A DNA stretch of 64,000 nt from Yuukianura sp. NJ FZ-2021 (GCA_046563655.1 CM102283.1:9796001-9860000); one strand, 5' to 3'. Shown: positions 13,610 to 28,370, counted from the stretch's first letter. Notes: a model not told the origin generated them from the sequence alone. Program-made: numbers and translations.

Positions 13610-16600
13610 GATCGCGACTTGTCCTTCCCGATTATTGATTTCCTCTTCTGGAAACAAAACAACAAAATATGATATCAAAATACAAGTAAAAAGCCAGAAG
13701 AGAATGAAAATGGGCGTATAATTGATGTGATTAATCATAACCACAAGGAATTCACTCCAAATCGTGATTTAAGTGAATTTGCAGGAGTCCTTAGGCGTGG
13801 TTGTAAAGTGACCTTCAGAAGTAAGTATTCCTGGGAGTTGAAGAAATTGGTAATTAAGATGTGCATAAATTACATAGATGTCAAACGCAAGATCTGGTCC
13901 AAGTCAACTGACGAGAGATGGAAGGTCACCAGGAAGGCTTTATGATAATCTGTATGTTCCGCTTCTAATTCAAGTATGACAGACCGGCCGCAGCATCACC
14001 TTTTCCTTCACTGCTTCTCCAAGTATCAACTGGATCTAAGAGTAATTAAGACAACATTAATCAGCAACTGAGCTTAAAAGTAGGAGACATCCGTATCTTG
14101 GATGTAAACCGAGCGAACAAGACATCCTTGAAGTAAAAAGTCGGCAACCTTAAAATCAATTAACTAATTGATGGATCAGTTCGCTTTCGCTTCGTCGCTT
14201 ATTAGGCAACGTTCTTACCTGGTTGGAGACAAAGAGACACGATTCCTCAGCAGAGGTCTAGTAACAAGCGTAATTGAATTGATTGATGTTAATTGGTCGC
14301 AGTCTCGCAGTTAATTAAATTAACAACCACAAAACGAAAACAGAGAATGAGAAATTGATCTCTTCAAAAAAATCTTTAGAAAAATATTTAAATTTGGCGC
14401 TTGTTGCGGTTTGACAAACGGCTCTCCACTCATTCCACGTTGCACCCTCAGTGCATAGATGGGCATCCACAAAATTATTTAATTACTCAAATTATTAAAA
14501 TCCAATCTAAAATTGCACAAAATTGACGCCGTACTAATAAGTTTTTAGAAAAAATAAGTTCGTGATGATCTCGACTTTGATGTTTTTTTTAAGTTTTTAT
14601 GAATTTCAAAAAATAACCAAATTCTGAGTCACGTTGTAAAGATTAGCAATTTAGAACTTGCTGACATAAAAATTCGAACAATTACTTTTGAACCACGACT
14701 TCTGTTGATCATCTTCCCTTTGTCTTTGAATGTTTGACATGGGAAAGTGTGTTAAACGATTGTTTTGAAATTTCCCGCATCGATTCATGTAGTACTAATT
14801 TCCATAATGGCTGTTAACTGATAAACACAATGGAGACTTCCCAAGAAGGACTTTTATACCGCAGCCACTTCGTCGTCAAAATAAACTTTCGTTTCAAAAA
14901 CTTCAAACTTTGCTACGTGTCACTCCGCATCTAAGCATTTTTTGACGGATTAAAAAACCTCTTTCTTTGTTTAGTTTTAAAAAACCACTAGCGTCAATGA
15001 ACAAAAGATTCAAAAGAGAGTAAATCCGTTTTTAAAATCATCGTGTGCTTTTCAACCTGCTTTTAAGCTTCCGAACTTGTTAACTTTCAACGTTTGCTCA
15101 AGGATGAAATGTCAACGGTCAAACACAGCGGGTAGTTTTTTGAGCTTTCCGAAAAAGATTTCACAAAAATGTCTTTTCATCAAAAAGTTATGCCTCGTTG
15201 CTCAAGTTAAGAAAAGTCAACAAGAGACACTATGTCTGTGGTGGACTTTTTTTCCTTTAATCCCTGCATAATGAAAATGGATTGTGAAACGACCAATGAT
15301 TTTTAAATCTCCTTTTAGTTTCACCATTGGTTAATATTTTTTACGGTTGTGAGTTAATAGTTTTAGACACTTGAGTGTGACAGTGAAATAAGAAATGAGT
15401 AATGAGTTGATGTGGGAATTGATCAATTGAAAGAGAGATTTTGGGTGATCATGAACTTTTAAGCTTGGATTTAACGAACTCTCTCCCCACTGGGCTTAAC
15501 GTACCACTTTCTGTGTCAAAATTCAGTGAAGCCATGCAACTGAAGTCACAGTATAGCAGTGAGTGACTGCAGAAATCTTAAGGTGGCAACAATAGTTACT
15601 CCCTCCGAAACTACATTTTTTTCTGATCATTTCACAGTTTCATCAAAGTATTCCTAACGTTCAGAATTACTTTTGTTATGATTAAAAAACTCCTAGCAAG
15701 GACTTAAGACGTCCAAAACTTACAAAATTTTAAGTTTATGTGAGGTTTACACAAAAAGTTTTATGTAAAGCCAGATCAATTTTTTCAAAGGAACAAAAGT
15801 ATCGAGGTCACATCGACTTCTGAGGAATCGAGGAAAACACGCGGTAAGAAAACATTTTTAAGGTCAATGCAGTTCCGTACCATAAGTTTCCCCATAGTGG
15901 CTGCACTTCAATTCCTACTGAAGAAGCTAAAAGGTTTGAGCATAAAATTTTGGATGTTTTTGTTGGAACCTTACAGTATTTTGTGTTGAAAAGTAAAGGA
16001 CATAGGATTTGTAGCATTGAGGGCATTGTTTCCTTTCTATTGTCATTTTGGGTTCCCATGGATCCATCCCAGGCAAATACTCGACTCTGCGGGCACTTTC
16101 AGTACCAAACTAGCAGGCAGGAAAAACATAACTTTTTAAAATTGTACGACGCCACTGTGTCCATTAGGCAACTTCATCAATCATCTTAAAATTTAGAGAG
16201 TCAATTAGTTCCAGAACTAAGAAAAAAATTGAAGTTCAAATTAAAAGTTTTCAGTTGACAAGAACAGAAAAAGGAAAAGTTTTTGTGCGTGACAGTTATT
16301 TAAAGAAAGTTTGTTTGATTTAGCGTGTGGAAGACAAGTATTGGGACTTGAGGAGATCAAGGATTGGGCGCGGTAAGATTCAAATTTCAAAAATGGCCCA
16401 TTGTCACGTGAGTGTGGAGCCCTTAAGGATGTGACATCAAAGGGCCTTGTCACTCCTACTCAACGTACCTCAACTATCTTCATTTAGTCTTTTGTTTCTA
16501 AAAAGTACTTCCACTAATCATTTCCTTTTCTTTTTTTAGCCAAGGTTCTGCACTTTGTGACTCCGTAACCCAAATTATTCAAGTCGCTGGTTACCATAAC

Positions 16601-16775
16601 CTACAACGTAACTTGAGTAACCTTCAGCTTCAATTTGCAACTTCACAAATTCATTTAGTGCCACAAACTGGAAAGTACTGAATACATTTGCGTAATGACG
16701 CACAGTTGATCCAAAGTGAAAAGTGATCTGCTCCTGAACTTTTTTTTTGCAAACTTTTAATACAGTGTGAGAACA

Positions 16776-18556
16776 ATGTTTTTATGGATTGGAAAGTGTG
16801 TGACCTTTGGGTCACTTGTGCTGATCATTGTCATTGGAAATCATTGTGTGGAACCTCATGGACGCCTCATTGAACCTCCTTCCAGAAGTTCAGCATGGAG
16901 GTAAGTTTCTAACATTTTTTGAAACTTCTACTTTTTAGAAAGACTTTTTGAAAATTCTACTTTTTAGAAAATGTTAAGTGGAATATTCCACTTGTTTTTG
17001 TATAAGTTTTTAGTCTATTTTTTTGACGTAACTGACCACTTCCTTATAATTTCTACTTGTGAATTTAATGTGTTTGAATTGAGGCGTTGCCACACTTTTT
17101 TGCTCTAGTTAACTGGGCGTGTAATAAAAGTTAAATCTGATTTGGTGTTGAATTTTGCTTGAATTGCAGGTATGGTTTCAACACAACTGCCAATTACAAT
17201 GACCACGAACTGTACTGCGGTGGATTCTCTCGTCAGTATCAGAAAAACAAAGGGAAATGCGGAATCTGTGGAGATGTAAGAAGAATTTTAGAATTTAAAA
17301 ACTCAAATTGTCAAAATTTTTCAAAAGTTAATTTTAAATTTTGAATTGTAGGCTTACGACATGCCCCAACCGCGTCCAAATGAAGCAGGGGGAGTGTATG
17401 GCCAGGGCGTCATTGTACGCAAGTACCGTGTGGATTCCATCATCAGAATCAAAGTGGAACTCACAGCCAATCACAGGCAAGTTTCAACGCTATCCACTTT
17501 TTTTCTTTGAGTTTCAAATTTTGAAATTTTGAACTTTGGCTGATTTTGAACAGAGGTCACTTTGAATTCCGGTTGTGTCCAAACAACAATCCGAAGAAAA
17601 TTGCAACTCAGAAGTGCTTGGACACTTATGTTCTTCAGCAATCCAATGGCGAAGGCGCAAGGTCAGTGACCTCAGAATCTCGAAATTTTGTGTCATTTTC
17701 GAAAAAGAACTTAAAAATTAAAATTTCGTTTTTTTAAATAGATATTTTCCGTCCGAGGGCACGAAAGTATTCGAATCTAGATTTTTGTTGCCGAGAGGAT
17801 TGACGTGTACGCAGTGCGTGTTGCAATGGCGTTACATCGCTGGAAATAACTGGGGTCAATGCGAAGATGGAACTCAGGCGGTGGGCTGTGGGCCACAAGA
17901 GGAGTTCCGCGCATGTGCTGATGTCTCCATCACAAATAGTACTGGACATGCTGCCGCTGAACCTGACGATACTGTTGAACATGACAGAGACAACGAAATT
18001 GATAGACGTAAGACTCATAAATATCAAAAACTTAAAATTCAAAAAATGAAATGTCACTGAAAAAGTTAACTTTTGAAATTTAACAGAAAAAGCAGAGAAA
18101 CCATTCATACCTCCAACGACTGAACTCCCGCCGCGTCCAGAACAGCAGTCAGCTTTAGCCTTTGTGATGGCCATTGTTGCACTCATGATTGCCGCCATTT
18201 TGTTTGGAGCTCTCTTTGGGTGGTTCTACAGAAAAGAAGTTCTGCACTTCGCCAGAACAACAATCAACAAACCCAACTGGAAGTTGGGCAATGCTCAACA
18301 ATTCATTGCCACCAGAAGCACTACGTCTCTAACAACAGTCTATGCTTCTGCGCAGTCAGGTCACCATCCAGAACTGGGGGTCAACGGCAGACCAACGGTC
18401 CCCCCTCCGCCAATTCCTCCCCCCAGAAACAAAAAGACTTCGACCTCTGACCTTGACACACCAAAGTTCAACAGAACTGTTACCCCAGACATCATTGCCC
18501 CCCACCAACAACAACCACAGTCCCTCTCTGTTACAATCAATGGACTTCCGATTTAG
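16776..18556 (+). CDS. AA15 lytic polysaccharide monooxygenase (chitin-binding type-4 fold) with a C-terminal transmembrane helix and Pro-rich cytoplasmic tail
   Basis: Signal peptide followed by N-terminal His (HGRLIEPPSRSSAWR, His codon at 16857); ELYCGGF; CGICGD; ELTANHRGHFEFRLCP; CTQCVLQWRYIAGNNWG; GCGPQEEFRACADV; TM segment ALAFVMAIVALMIAAILFGALFGWFY followed by RK. Confidence 0.93.
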
Positions 18557-18986
18557 ACAATTCCTTCATTTTTAGTATTTTCAAATGCCCATAGACCTGT
18601 TTATTTTGTACTTCAATCTCCGTGATATCCTATGTTATTCTAGTTGTAATTAATATTTTAATTAAAAATTGATCAATTGTTGCAGAAATTATGAAAATTC
18701 TAAGAATTTATACTTTATTGTCTCAATGATTTTTGGGAATTTTTTACTGTTCTAACAATTTGCTTCTCAAACAGTTCTTGGACGGGGCAGAGTAAGACAA
18801 CTTTGAATTTTGAAACCTTTCAGGCGGGAAGTTTTGGCAAAAACCAGAAAACAAGTTTTTATTTTTTTCGCATGTGTTTCAGCATCCGCTTTCGTTTTTT
18901 GCACCGATTTTTTGTTCTGCTAATCACTGATTAATTAACTACTTAATCAATTGATTAATTAATTAAAAGGAGGTACTGGCGAAACA

Positions 18987-19508
18987 ATGAGATTAAGTTT
19001 AGCATTACTGAAGCAGCGGAATATAATCCCGGGAAATCGATACCTTGGGTAAGCAGCAAGCTGCTTTACTTTTTTAATCGATTAGCCCTAACTTGCACTT
19101 AGTTATTGATTAATTGATGGCTTAGCCAGTGAAGAGTGTGATTGATGAGAATTTGAATTGATTTACAGAAAGAAGCAGATGCCAATACTGATCTGGCCTT
19201 GGACCTTGGAGAGTTTCAAGAAGAGACTGGCAATCGAGGAAAAGAACATGTTTTACCTACGACATCCCTACATTACCATTGTAAAGATCAAATCACTTAA
19301 GAGTGATGTATTAAGTGTCCAATGCAGTGACATTAACTTAAAATGTTGTTTTTAGGAACAAGAGAGGGGACATGCTGCTGCTATGGGAAGGAGAGAGGCA
19401 TGGATGAACGAGAAGAAACTAATTAAAGCTGCCACTAAAATTAAGAAAAGTGTTAGGATGGAAAACTACCTAGGCCATCTAAATGTCCAGAACAAATGGG
19501 AACTATGA
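18987..19508 (+). CDS. MRPL57: Mitochondrial ribosomal protein L57 (MRP63); 3 exons, only partly in the ORF track
   Basis: Exons 18987-19048, 19169-19280 and 19356-19508 give MRLSLALLKQRNIIPGNRYLGKK...RLAIEEKNMFYLRHPYITIEQERGHAAA...LGHLNVQNKWEL. This matches the MRP63 motifs IPG...GK, PY.T.EQERGHA and HLNV..KW. Confidence 0.9.
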
Positions 19509-20602
19509 ACATTTTTATAGGCTATTTAGTCCCGTTCCAGGTCAGTTAACATTAGAACCAAACTATAAATCACTCAATATTTAACATTTAATTACCGAAG
19601 TACTTTTTAGTACATTCTGTGTTTAGCAAGTCTTTGTTCTGTTTGGCAGAATAAATTTACATTCGTCAAAAGTTCTTCCCTTGCACGGAGAAGGTTATAG
19701 GCGCCACCCTTTCCCAAAAATGGTCTAACCGGAGAAAATTTATTGATTTTTTTGAAAGTAGGAATATTTTATACGATCCAGATGAAAGTGTTTAGCATGG
19801 ACCCTTATACCCTACTAATTCAAGAAGTGGATGAGGAAGTAAGTAGGAGAGGGGGACTTTGAAAAAAAGCTACGCCCCATTTTCACTTCTTTTGTTGTTG
19901 TGTATATGTTATTGATCTGTGCACTTTTGTGTTTATTCCAGAGAACAACAGGAGACAGATCTCATTCATTGATGTAGATGTAAAAGCAGTTTAACTTTGG
20001 AATCTGGCGTCTCAACTCTTACCTCATCCACTTTCAACTTGAAAGTTTCAACTAAACACCCACTTTACGTTAATTGACTTCAAGTGTCAATTCAGACTCA
20101 GACGGGCAGACCCAGGGCGTCAACACTCCAGTGTTCATAATCTTCATCTTTTCCTTGGCTTCCTGCACAACAACAATGTCCACAGGATCCGGTAAGTTTC
20201 ATTAATTTTTTACATGGATTTGTGGTTTTTGTTGTAAAAGTGTAGGTCGTTGACCCTAATTTCACTCCAAGCAAAAAGATGAACAAAAGATTCCGACATT
20301 ATCCACAGGCAGGCAACTCTCTTTCTGAAATTTGATGACTCCGAGGAATTCCGCTGGGATTCACAAGTTTTTGCAGGGATACTCAAATGTCAATCTTTGA
20401 CATTTCGCTAGTGCCCTTTCCAAGGCTTGGAAATTCCAACCCACTTCTCATATTCTGCAAAAACTTCCGTTCAGAACATTCTGCGTTTAGTATATTTCTG
20501 GAATTCTGCGGGAAACGTTTTCCTTTGTTACAGCAATTTCACAAAAATGTTGGAAAGCTTTTGAATTAATTTTGGAATAGTTTTTGGTAATTTTGTCGTA
20601 AA

Positions 20603-22841
20603 ATGTCGTACAGTAGTTCCTATTACCCGCATTACGGCTACACAAAACCGAATCCTCCTGTTGGCGCCAGTGGGAGTGACACGAGGCCTTCGACATTGGA
20701 TTTGGGCCGACCCAGCACCAGCACTGCAAAGTCCAACTACATACTCAATCCAGCTCCAAATCCAACCAAGCCATCGAGATACGCCAGTTCAAATTTAACC
20801 GCCCCCACCGCAACTCCCGCCAAATCATCTTCATACTCGTGTCTTCCCGCTGCTGCAGCGTCTTCAATCGCTTCTTCAGCGGCAGCTCCAGGCTCACTCT
20901 TTGCTTCCAATTACACAACTGGATATGGAAGGAAACCACCACCACAGCAACAGGAAGTGATCACAGTCCCACCCAAGAGCAGCTCCACCCTGGGATATGC
21001 AAGAGACCCACTCCATGTTCCTTATTATCAAACACAAATGACGGGGTACAAGGTGGGGCAGACGGTGGCTCCAGTCCCACCACAACCCCAACCCACCCTG
21101 TCCATGTCTTGTAGTAAAAGTACTCATAGTCTCATCGACTCTATTCCAAATGCTTTTTGTCTTTCATGTCCTCCTGCCGAATTCAAATTCTCCGATGCCT
21201 ATCGTGCCAAAACGCTACCACGCACAGGAAAGGAGGTCAGACATGTTCAAAATTTGGAAATTGAAAAATTTGTGCTAAAATTCAAAATTTTGGTGTTTCA
21301 GAATGAACGTCTGATTGGATTTGCGACATTGCCGGAACAAGTGCATAGGAAATCGGTGAAGAAGGGCTTTGACTTTACTTTGATGACCGTGGGAGAATCT
21401 GGACTCGGAAAATCAACGCTCATCAACAGTCTTTTCCTGGCAGATTTCTATCAAAACCGCAAAGTTCCCAGTGTCAATGGTAAAACTCACAATTGAGGAA
21501 TTACAACCTGGAAAAACTTTTCATGTATTTTGAAATAAGATTTCAAATTTTTTTTAGATCAGTTGAAAAGAACAACAACAATTCAAAAGCATCAGACGGA
21601 AATAGAGGAAAGAGGAGTGAAGTTGCGCCTGACAGTGGTCGATACACCAGGTAACTAAACTTCTGGACATGTCAAACTTATAAATCCCAAAATTTAACTT
21701 GAGCGCTAAAATTTAAACTTGTTTCGTATATTTTAGGTTTTGGAGACGCCATTAACTGTGAGAACAGTTGGAGTGCTTGTACAGACTACATAGATGCCCA
21801 GTTCCAGCAATACTTCGAGGCTGAGAGTGGTCTGAACCGACGACATATCCAGGACACTCGTGTTCACTGCTGTCTTTACTTCATCCCGCCGTATGGAAGA
21901 GGGTAATCGTCCATGATTCAAAATTTACCACCACATTTTTCATTGTGAAATTTTGAATTTTGATTTTGAAATTTTGAGTTTTTGTTTGTAGACTGCGGGC
22001 CCTTGATGTTCAAGCGATGAAACATTTGCAAAGTCGGGCCAACCTTATTCCGGTCATCGGCAAAGCTGACATCTTAACACCCACGGAGGTCAAGCGTCTC
22101 AAGGAACAAATTCTGGAGGATCTCCGTCAACATCAAATTCAGGTCACATTCAACCATTTCAAAAATGTGTGGAAAAATTCCAACTTTTTCAAAAACTAAT
22201 TTTTCAATTTTCAGATTTATCAGTTTCCAGAATGTGATGAAGAGGAAGACGAGGAGTTCAAGAGACAAGATCGTGAGTTGAAAGCTGCCATTCCCTTTGC
22301 GGTGTCATCCAGCGACACTTTTGTGGAAGTTGCTGGACGAAAAGTTCGTGGACGACAGTATCCTTGGGGAATCGTCGAAGGTGAAAAATTTACTTTAGAA
22401 AAAACTCATAATTCAATTTGTTTTTATTCTGTTTAGTTGAGAATCCAACGCACAGTGACTTTTCGAAACTGAGATCCATGTTGATTCAGTCCCACATGCA
22501 CGATTTGAAGGAGACAACACAGGAACTGCACTATGAAAACTTCCGAGCCAAGACAATCGCTCAAATCTCAGCAGTGAACAACAACACCAACAAAGAGAGA
22601 TCTAAATTGAAACGTGACTCTCCGCCTCAGTCACCACAAGATCTCCTCCTCCAGAAAGAAGCAGAGGTACTCGTCACAATTTTCATAATGCACCACATTT
22701 TCATGCAAAAGTGGACTGAAATTATGCAATTCTGCTTTTTAGATCAAGAGAATGCAGCAAATGATCACGAAGATGGAAGCGAAACTAAAAGCTGCCGGGA
22801 AACAGCCGAGCAGAGACTCGGGTAACGTCATTGACCTTTGA
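20603..22841 (+). CDS. Sep4: Septin of the SEPT2 group (Sep4/SEPT4-5-like) with a long Ser/Pro/Tyr-rich N-terminal extension
   Basis: [40 protein letters not shown] (P-loop); [44 protein letters not shown]; short coiled coil [15 protein letters not shown]; stop at 22839-22841. Confidence 0.92.
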
Positions 22842-23107
22842 ATTTAAAAAAGTACGAATTTAAAAATCTTTGGTACAAATCAACTGTGAAGGGAACCGGA
22901 ATACATTTGCGTGTAGTTCAAACTGTAAAAGTTAAGGTTCAATTGAAATTCTAGTCTTTCTGTAAGCTGATTAACTCTGTTAGTTACTTTGACCTTTGAC
23001 CTCATTCCAAGTTAAGCTAATGAACTTACCAAAATGCTTTAAATAAAGTCTTTACTCGGAACTTTAGAATTGTGATGAATGTCACTGAATGTTGATAGAT
23101 TAAGATC

Positions 23108-24455
<1,348 letters not shown>

Positions 24456-26103
24456 TATTTCACCCGCAAATCCTGCAAAATCAAAGCACAATATGTGGTT
24501 AGGTTTTTTACTAATTACTCAAATTTAAATTAGATTACTTTGAAGTTTTTAATTACTTTTCAAGTGAAGTGATAATGAAGCGGAATTAAGTCGTGGAAGT
24601 GTGGACGAGTCTCTTACTTTAAGCTCAGTAATCAGTTATTTGGAAGTTCCACGTTGCTACTCCAGAGAATTGCCGGTAATTGATGAAATGTTCCGGCAAG
24701 AACAGTTGTATAGAGTAAGAAGATTAATCGATTAACGACATCTAAGCTACAGAATACATCACAATTTAATTTACAAAAGTGACAGTGAAAAACGATAATT
24801 TTATCTGATTGTGAAATTTAAAATTTGAAAACAGCTGTCGAGCCCGCCACCACCACCATGGATGAGAATGGCGTCTGTTTTGCGTCATTCTCTTATGAAG
24901 ATGAACTTTTTAGCTCATGATTTTAACATTTTACATGCAATTAATTAAAATAGCAGTTTCAATTTGGGATTTAAAATAGTATATTTAATTATTTCTTATT
25001 TAACTTGTACAATGAACTGGTTTAATCCACAATTGTAAAGATTATAGTGGCCTACCCCACTCTTTCCGGCTTAGAAGTGACATTTGGACTAAGATTGATT
25101 GACATTTGACATTTAAATATCAAGAAATAGAAGATGAGGGTCAAAGATGTGAGAGGCGGCGGTGACCTGCCGTGACACAATTGACCTGCACTTTGTACCC
25201 TCTCCAAATAATTGTTCCAGGCTTAAGCTGAACTTCCAAACTTCCTCAAATTAAGGTTTCTCTGGAAGGTTCTGCTTCATGGAAAATTTAGTTTTGAGAT
25301 GATCCAAATTGTGAGTGATTGACATGGGGGGAAGCAATGTGGGCCAAAAATCACCTCCCAACTGCATGTTGGTTGAGCAATTTGCAATAAAAGCACAAGC
25401 ACTGTCAGCCATTTCAATTTATGACCACCATAAATCAACGGCATTCAAAACTCAAATTGAGCAGAGTGCACAGTACTTCACAAAATATTTGACAAATACT
25501 TAAGCACTTCACAAAAGTGCGAGAGAATCATTCTCGAAATAACACGAACATTTTGGAAATTGGTGGTTTTGCCCCGCCTGAGGTAGAACAAGGGCCATCA
25601 AATAATCATTTCGGGTAACTTTTTTTCTTTGGTGGAAATTACTATAATTTGGGACAATTTTAAAAGTTACTGGTCAAGTGCAGTGGAGCATAACTGCAGC
25701 ATCCGTTCACGTTTTAAAAAGTCAAAACTGTGTGATATAAATCCCATTCGGAGTTTTGAAAAGTGTTGAGTAGGATCTTCACTAGGTTTACGTCCACTTA
25801 TGTTCTAACCGTCACGTAGAGCAAGTCCATTTTGAACTTTGAGTCATACACGTAGCGTTGCGTAACTTTTATCACACGCAGAACGTAGGAAACTTTCAGT
25901 AAATTTTTAGAGAGATTACGGTATCAGTCAGGGCCAGAATTTTAAGACACTCGCACTCAAAAAGTACTGGGATTTCCTACTTCACATTTCTGCCCAAATA
26001 TCAACACTACACTGAAACTCAATTGTTCAAATAAACAATTTAAACTTTTTTTTAAATTTTTTAGAGCGGAGTTTTTGTGAGTCAAGACAAACTTTGGAAA
26101 AAA

Positions 26104-28370
26104 ATGTGCGGAATATTTGCAATCCTTAACTCATCTACAGTTCACACGGAAGAAGGCAGAAAGAAGGCTTTGGCACTTTCCAAATTGTACAAAATATACT
26201 TCAAAGTTAACTTTTTCCTACAATTTTTTTCAATTTCAATGTTTTTAACAGGTTGCGACATCGAGGGCCGGACTGGAGCGGTTGCAAAGTTTCAAACGGC
26301 AACATTCTCTGTCACGAACGCCTCGCTATTGTTGGACTCGGTAACTTTTAGCTTAATCAGCCTAACATAATTAAACAAAAAATAAACAAAATTTCGATTT
26401 CAACAACGTTTGTTTCGTGCAACAAACTATGAACCAATCATTAGTTAACTTTCAGAAATACAAAAGTTTCAAATGGCAACATTCTGTGTCACGAAAGACT
26501 TTATATTGGACTCAGTAGATTTTAAACCAATATTTACAGAAATTGCAAGAAAAGTGAACACTGTTTCAAAAAATGTCTAACCCTGAAAACACTTAACTTT
26601 TCAGTTTCTGCCGTGTCAAATTTAAAAAAAAACGAATTTTGTGTTTGATGGACAATTGTAAAATTTGCAGAACTTTTATTCCTAGACAGTGGATCTCAGC
26701 CACTCACCAATCACGATGGCACACTCATCCTCACAGTCAACGGAGAAATCTACAATCATGTTGAACTTCGCAAGTATCTCAAGAAAGATGTCACTTTTAA
26801 AACACACTCCGATTGCGAAATTATCATTCATCTGGTAACATTTCTAAATTTTACCAAAATTCTAGGAAATTTTCAAAATTTTAACTAAATTTTACGATTT
26901 TTCAATTTTTTTTGTCATTTTTGCAGTACGAAGCCCTTGGACTCTCATTTTTGAATCTTCTGCGCGGAATGTTCAGTTTCGTTTTGTACGACGGAAACAA
27001 AGATTTGTTTCTAATCGCTCGGGATCCAATTGGCATCACTTCTTTGTACCGCGGCAAAAATTCTGCTGCTCCAGAAACAATTTACGTCGCTTCAGAATTG
27101 AAAGCTCTGCAAGAAGATTGTGATGAAATTGAAGTTTTCCCGCCAGGACACTACTACAACTCCGCTTTCGGCAAAACTGTTCGCTACTACACTCCTGATT
27201 GGTGGGACAGCGATCGAATCCCGTCACAGCCATCAGATCTGACCATCCTTAGAGAAGCTCTTGAAGCGGCAGTGCACAAGCGCCTTATGGCTGACGTTCC
27301 ATTTGGAGTTCTGCTCAGCGGTGGACTGGATTCCAGCCTCATTGCCAGCATCACTGTGCGAGAGGCTGAAAAAATACTGCAGTGTCCAGACGAAGATGGA
27401 AGCGCCATCTACAACTGGCCAAAAGTACACTCTTTTTCTATTGGTTTAGAAGGATCACCTGATTTGAAAGCAGCAAAAGAAGTGGCAGATTTCATTGGTA
27501 AAATTTAAAAAAAATTAGTTTCAAAAAATTTTAAATGAAATTTTGAATTTTAAAATATGAAGATTTGAATTCTTAGGAACTAAACATCACAGTTTTATCT
27601 TCACGCTGGAAGAGGCTCATGACGCCCTCTATGACGTCATTTACCACTTGGAAACGTATGACGTCACGACCATCCGGGCGTCAACTCCAATGTACCTTCT
27701 GAGTCGGCGCATCAAAGCCATGGGCGTCAAAATGGTTTTGAGTGGCGAGGGAAGTGACGAAGTTTTCGGCGGCTACTTGTATTTTCACGCCGCGCCGTCA
27801 AGCTCCGCCTTCCACGCGGAATGCGTTTCCCGGGTCAAGAATCTGCATCTATCAGACTGCCTCCGGGCAAACAAGTCCACGATGGCATGGGGGCTGGAGG
27901 CTCGTGTTCCGTTTCTGGACATTGACTTCCTCCAAGTTGCGATGAATATCAATCCGGAAGAAAAAGAGTTCGGAGATGGAAAAATGGAAAAATATGTTCT
28001 GCGCAAGGCATTTGATGTTCCCGAAGAACCTTACTTGCCCCACCACATTCTGTGGCGCCAAAAAGAACAGTTTTCAGATGGAGTTGGTTATGGGTGGATC
28101 GACTCTTTAAAAGAAGCCGCTGAGTCGCACATCAGCGATGAGCTGTTTGATCAGCGACATAAACGCTGGACCGTGGATGTTCCAGAGACAAAGGAAGCGT
28201 ACTGGTATCGCTTGATGTTCGATACGCTGTTTCCGAATCCAGCAGCAGCGTCCACAGTGTCGAGATGGATCCCAAGGTCTGACTGGGGGTGCTCAAGGGA
28301 CCCCTCTGGAAGGGCTCAGAAAGTACACACTGCTGCTTATGCCAACTTCCAAAATGGAAACTCACACTGA
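26104..28370 (+). CDS. ASNS: Asparagine synthetase, glutamine-hydrolysing (fungal/AsnB-type sequence); 5 exons
   Basis: N-terminal MCGI (Ntn Cys); [87 protein letters not shown]. Confidence 0.96.
26456..26514 (+). other. Partial tandem duplicate of ASNS exon 2 inside intron 2 (pseudo-exon or mutually exclusive exon)
   Basis: aaagtttcaaatggcaacattctgtgtcacgaaagact..attggactc closely copies exon-2 sequence 26286-26339. It is flanked by tttcag and gtagat. Confidence 0.75.

Noticed and set aside
20176-20191. Short ATG exon (MSTGS, gtaagt donor) as an alternative septin start
   Set aside because: Its phase-1 donor does not match the phase-0 acceptor at 21301. It is more likely a 5'UTR exon.
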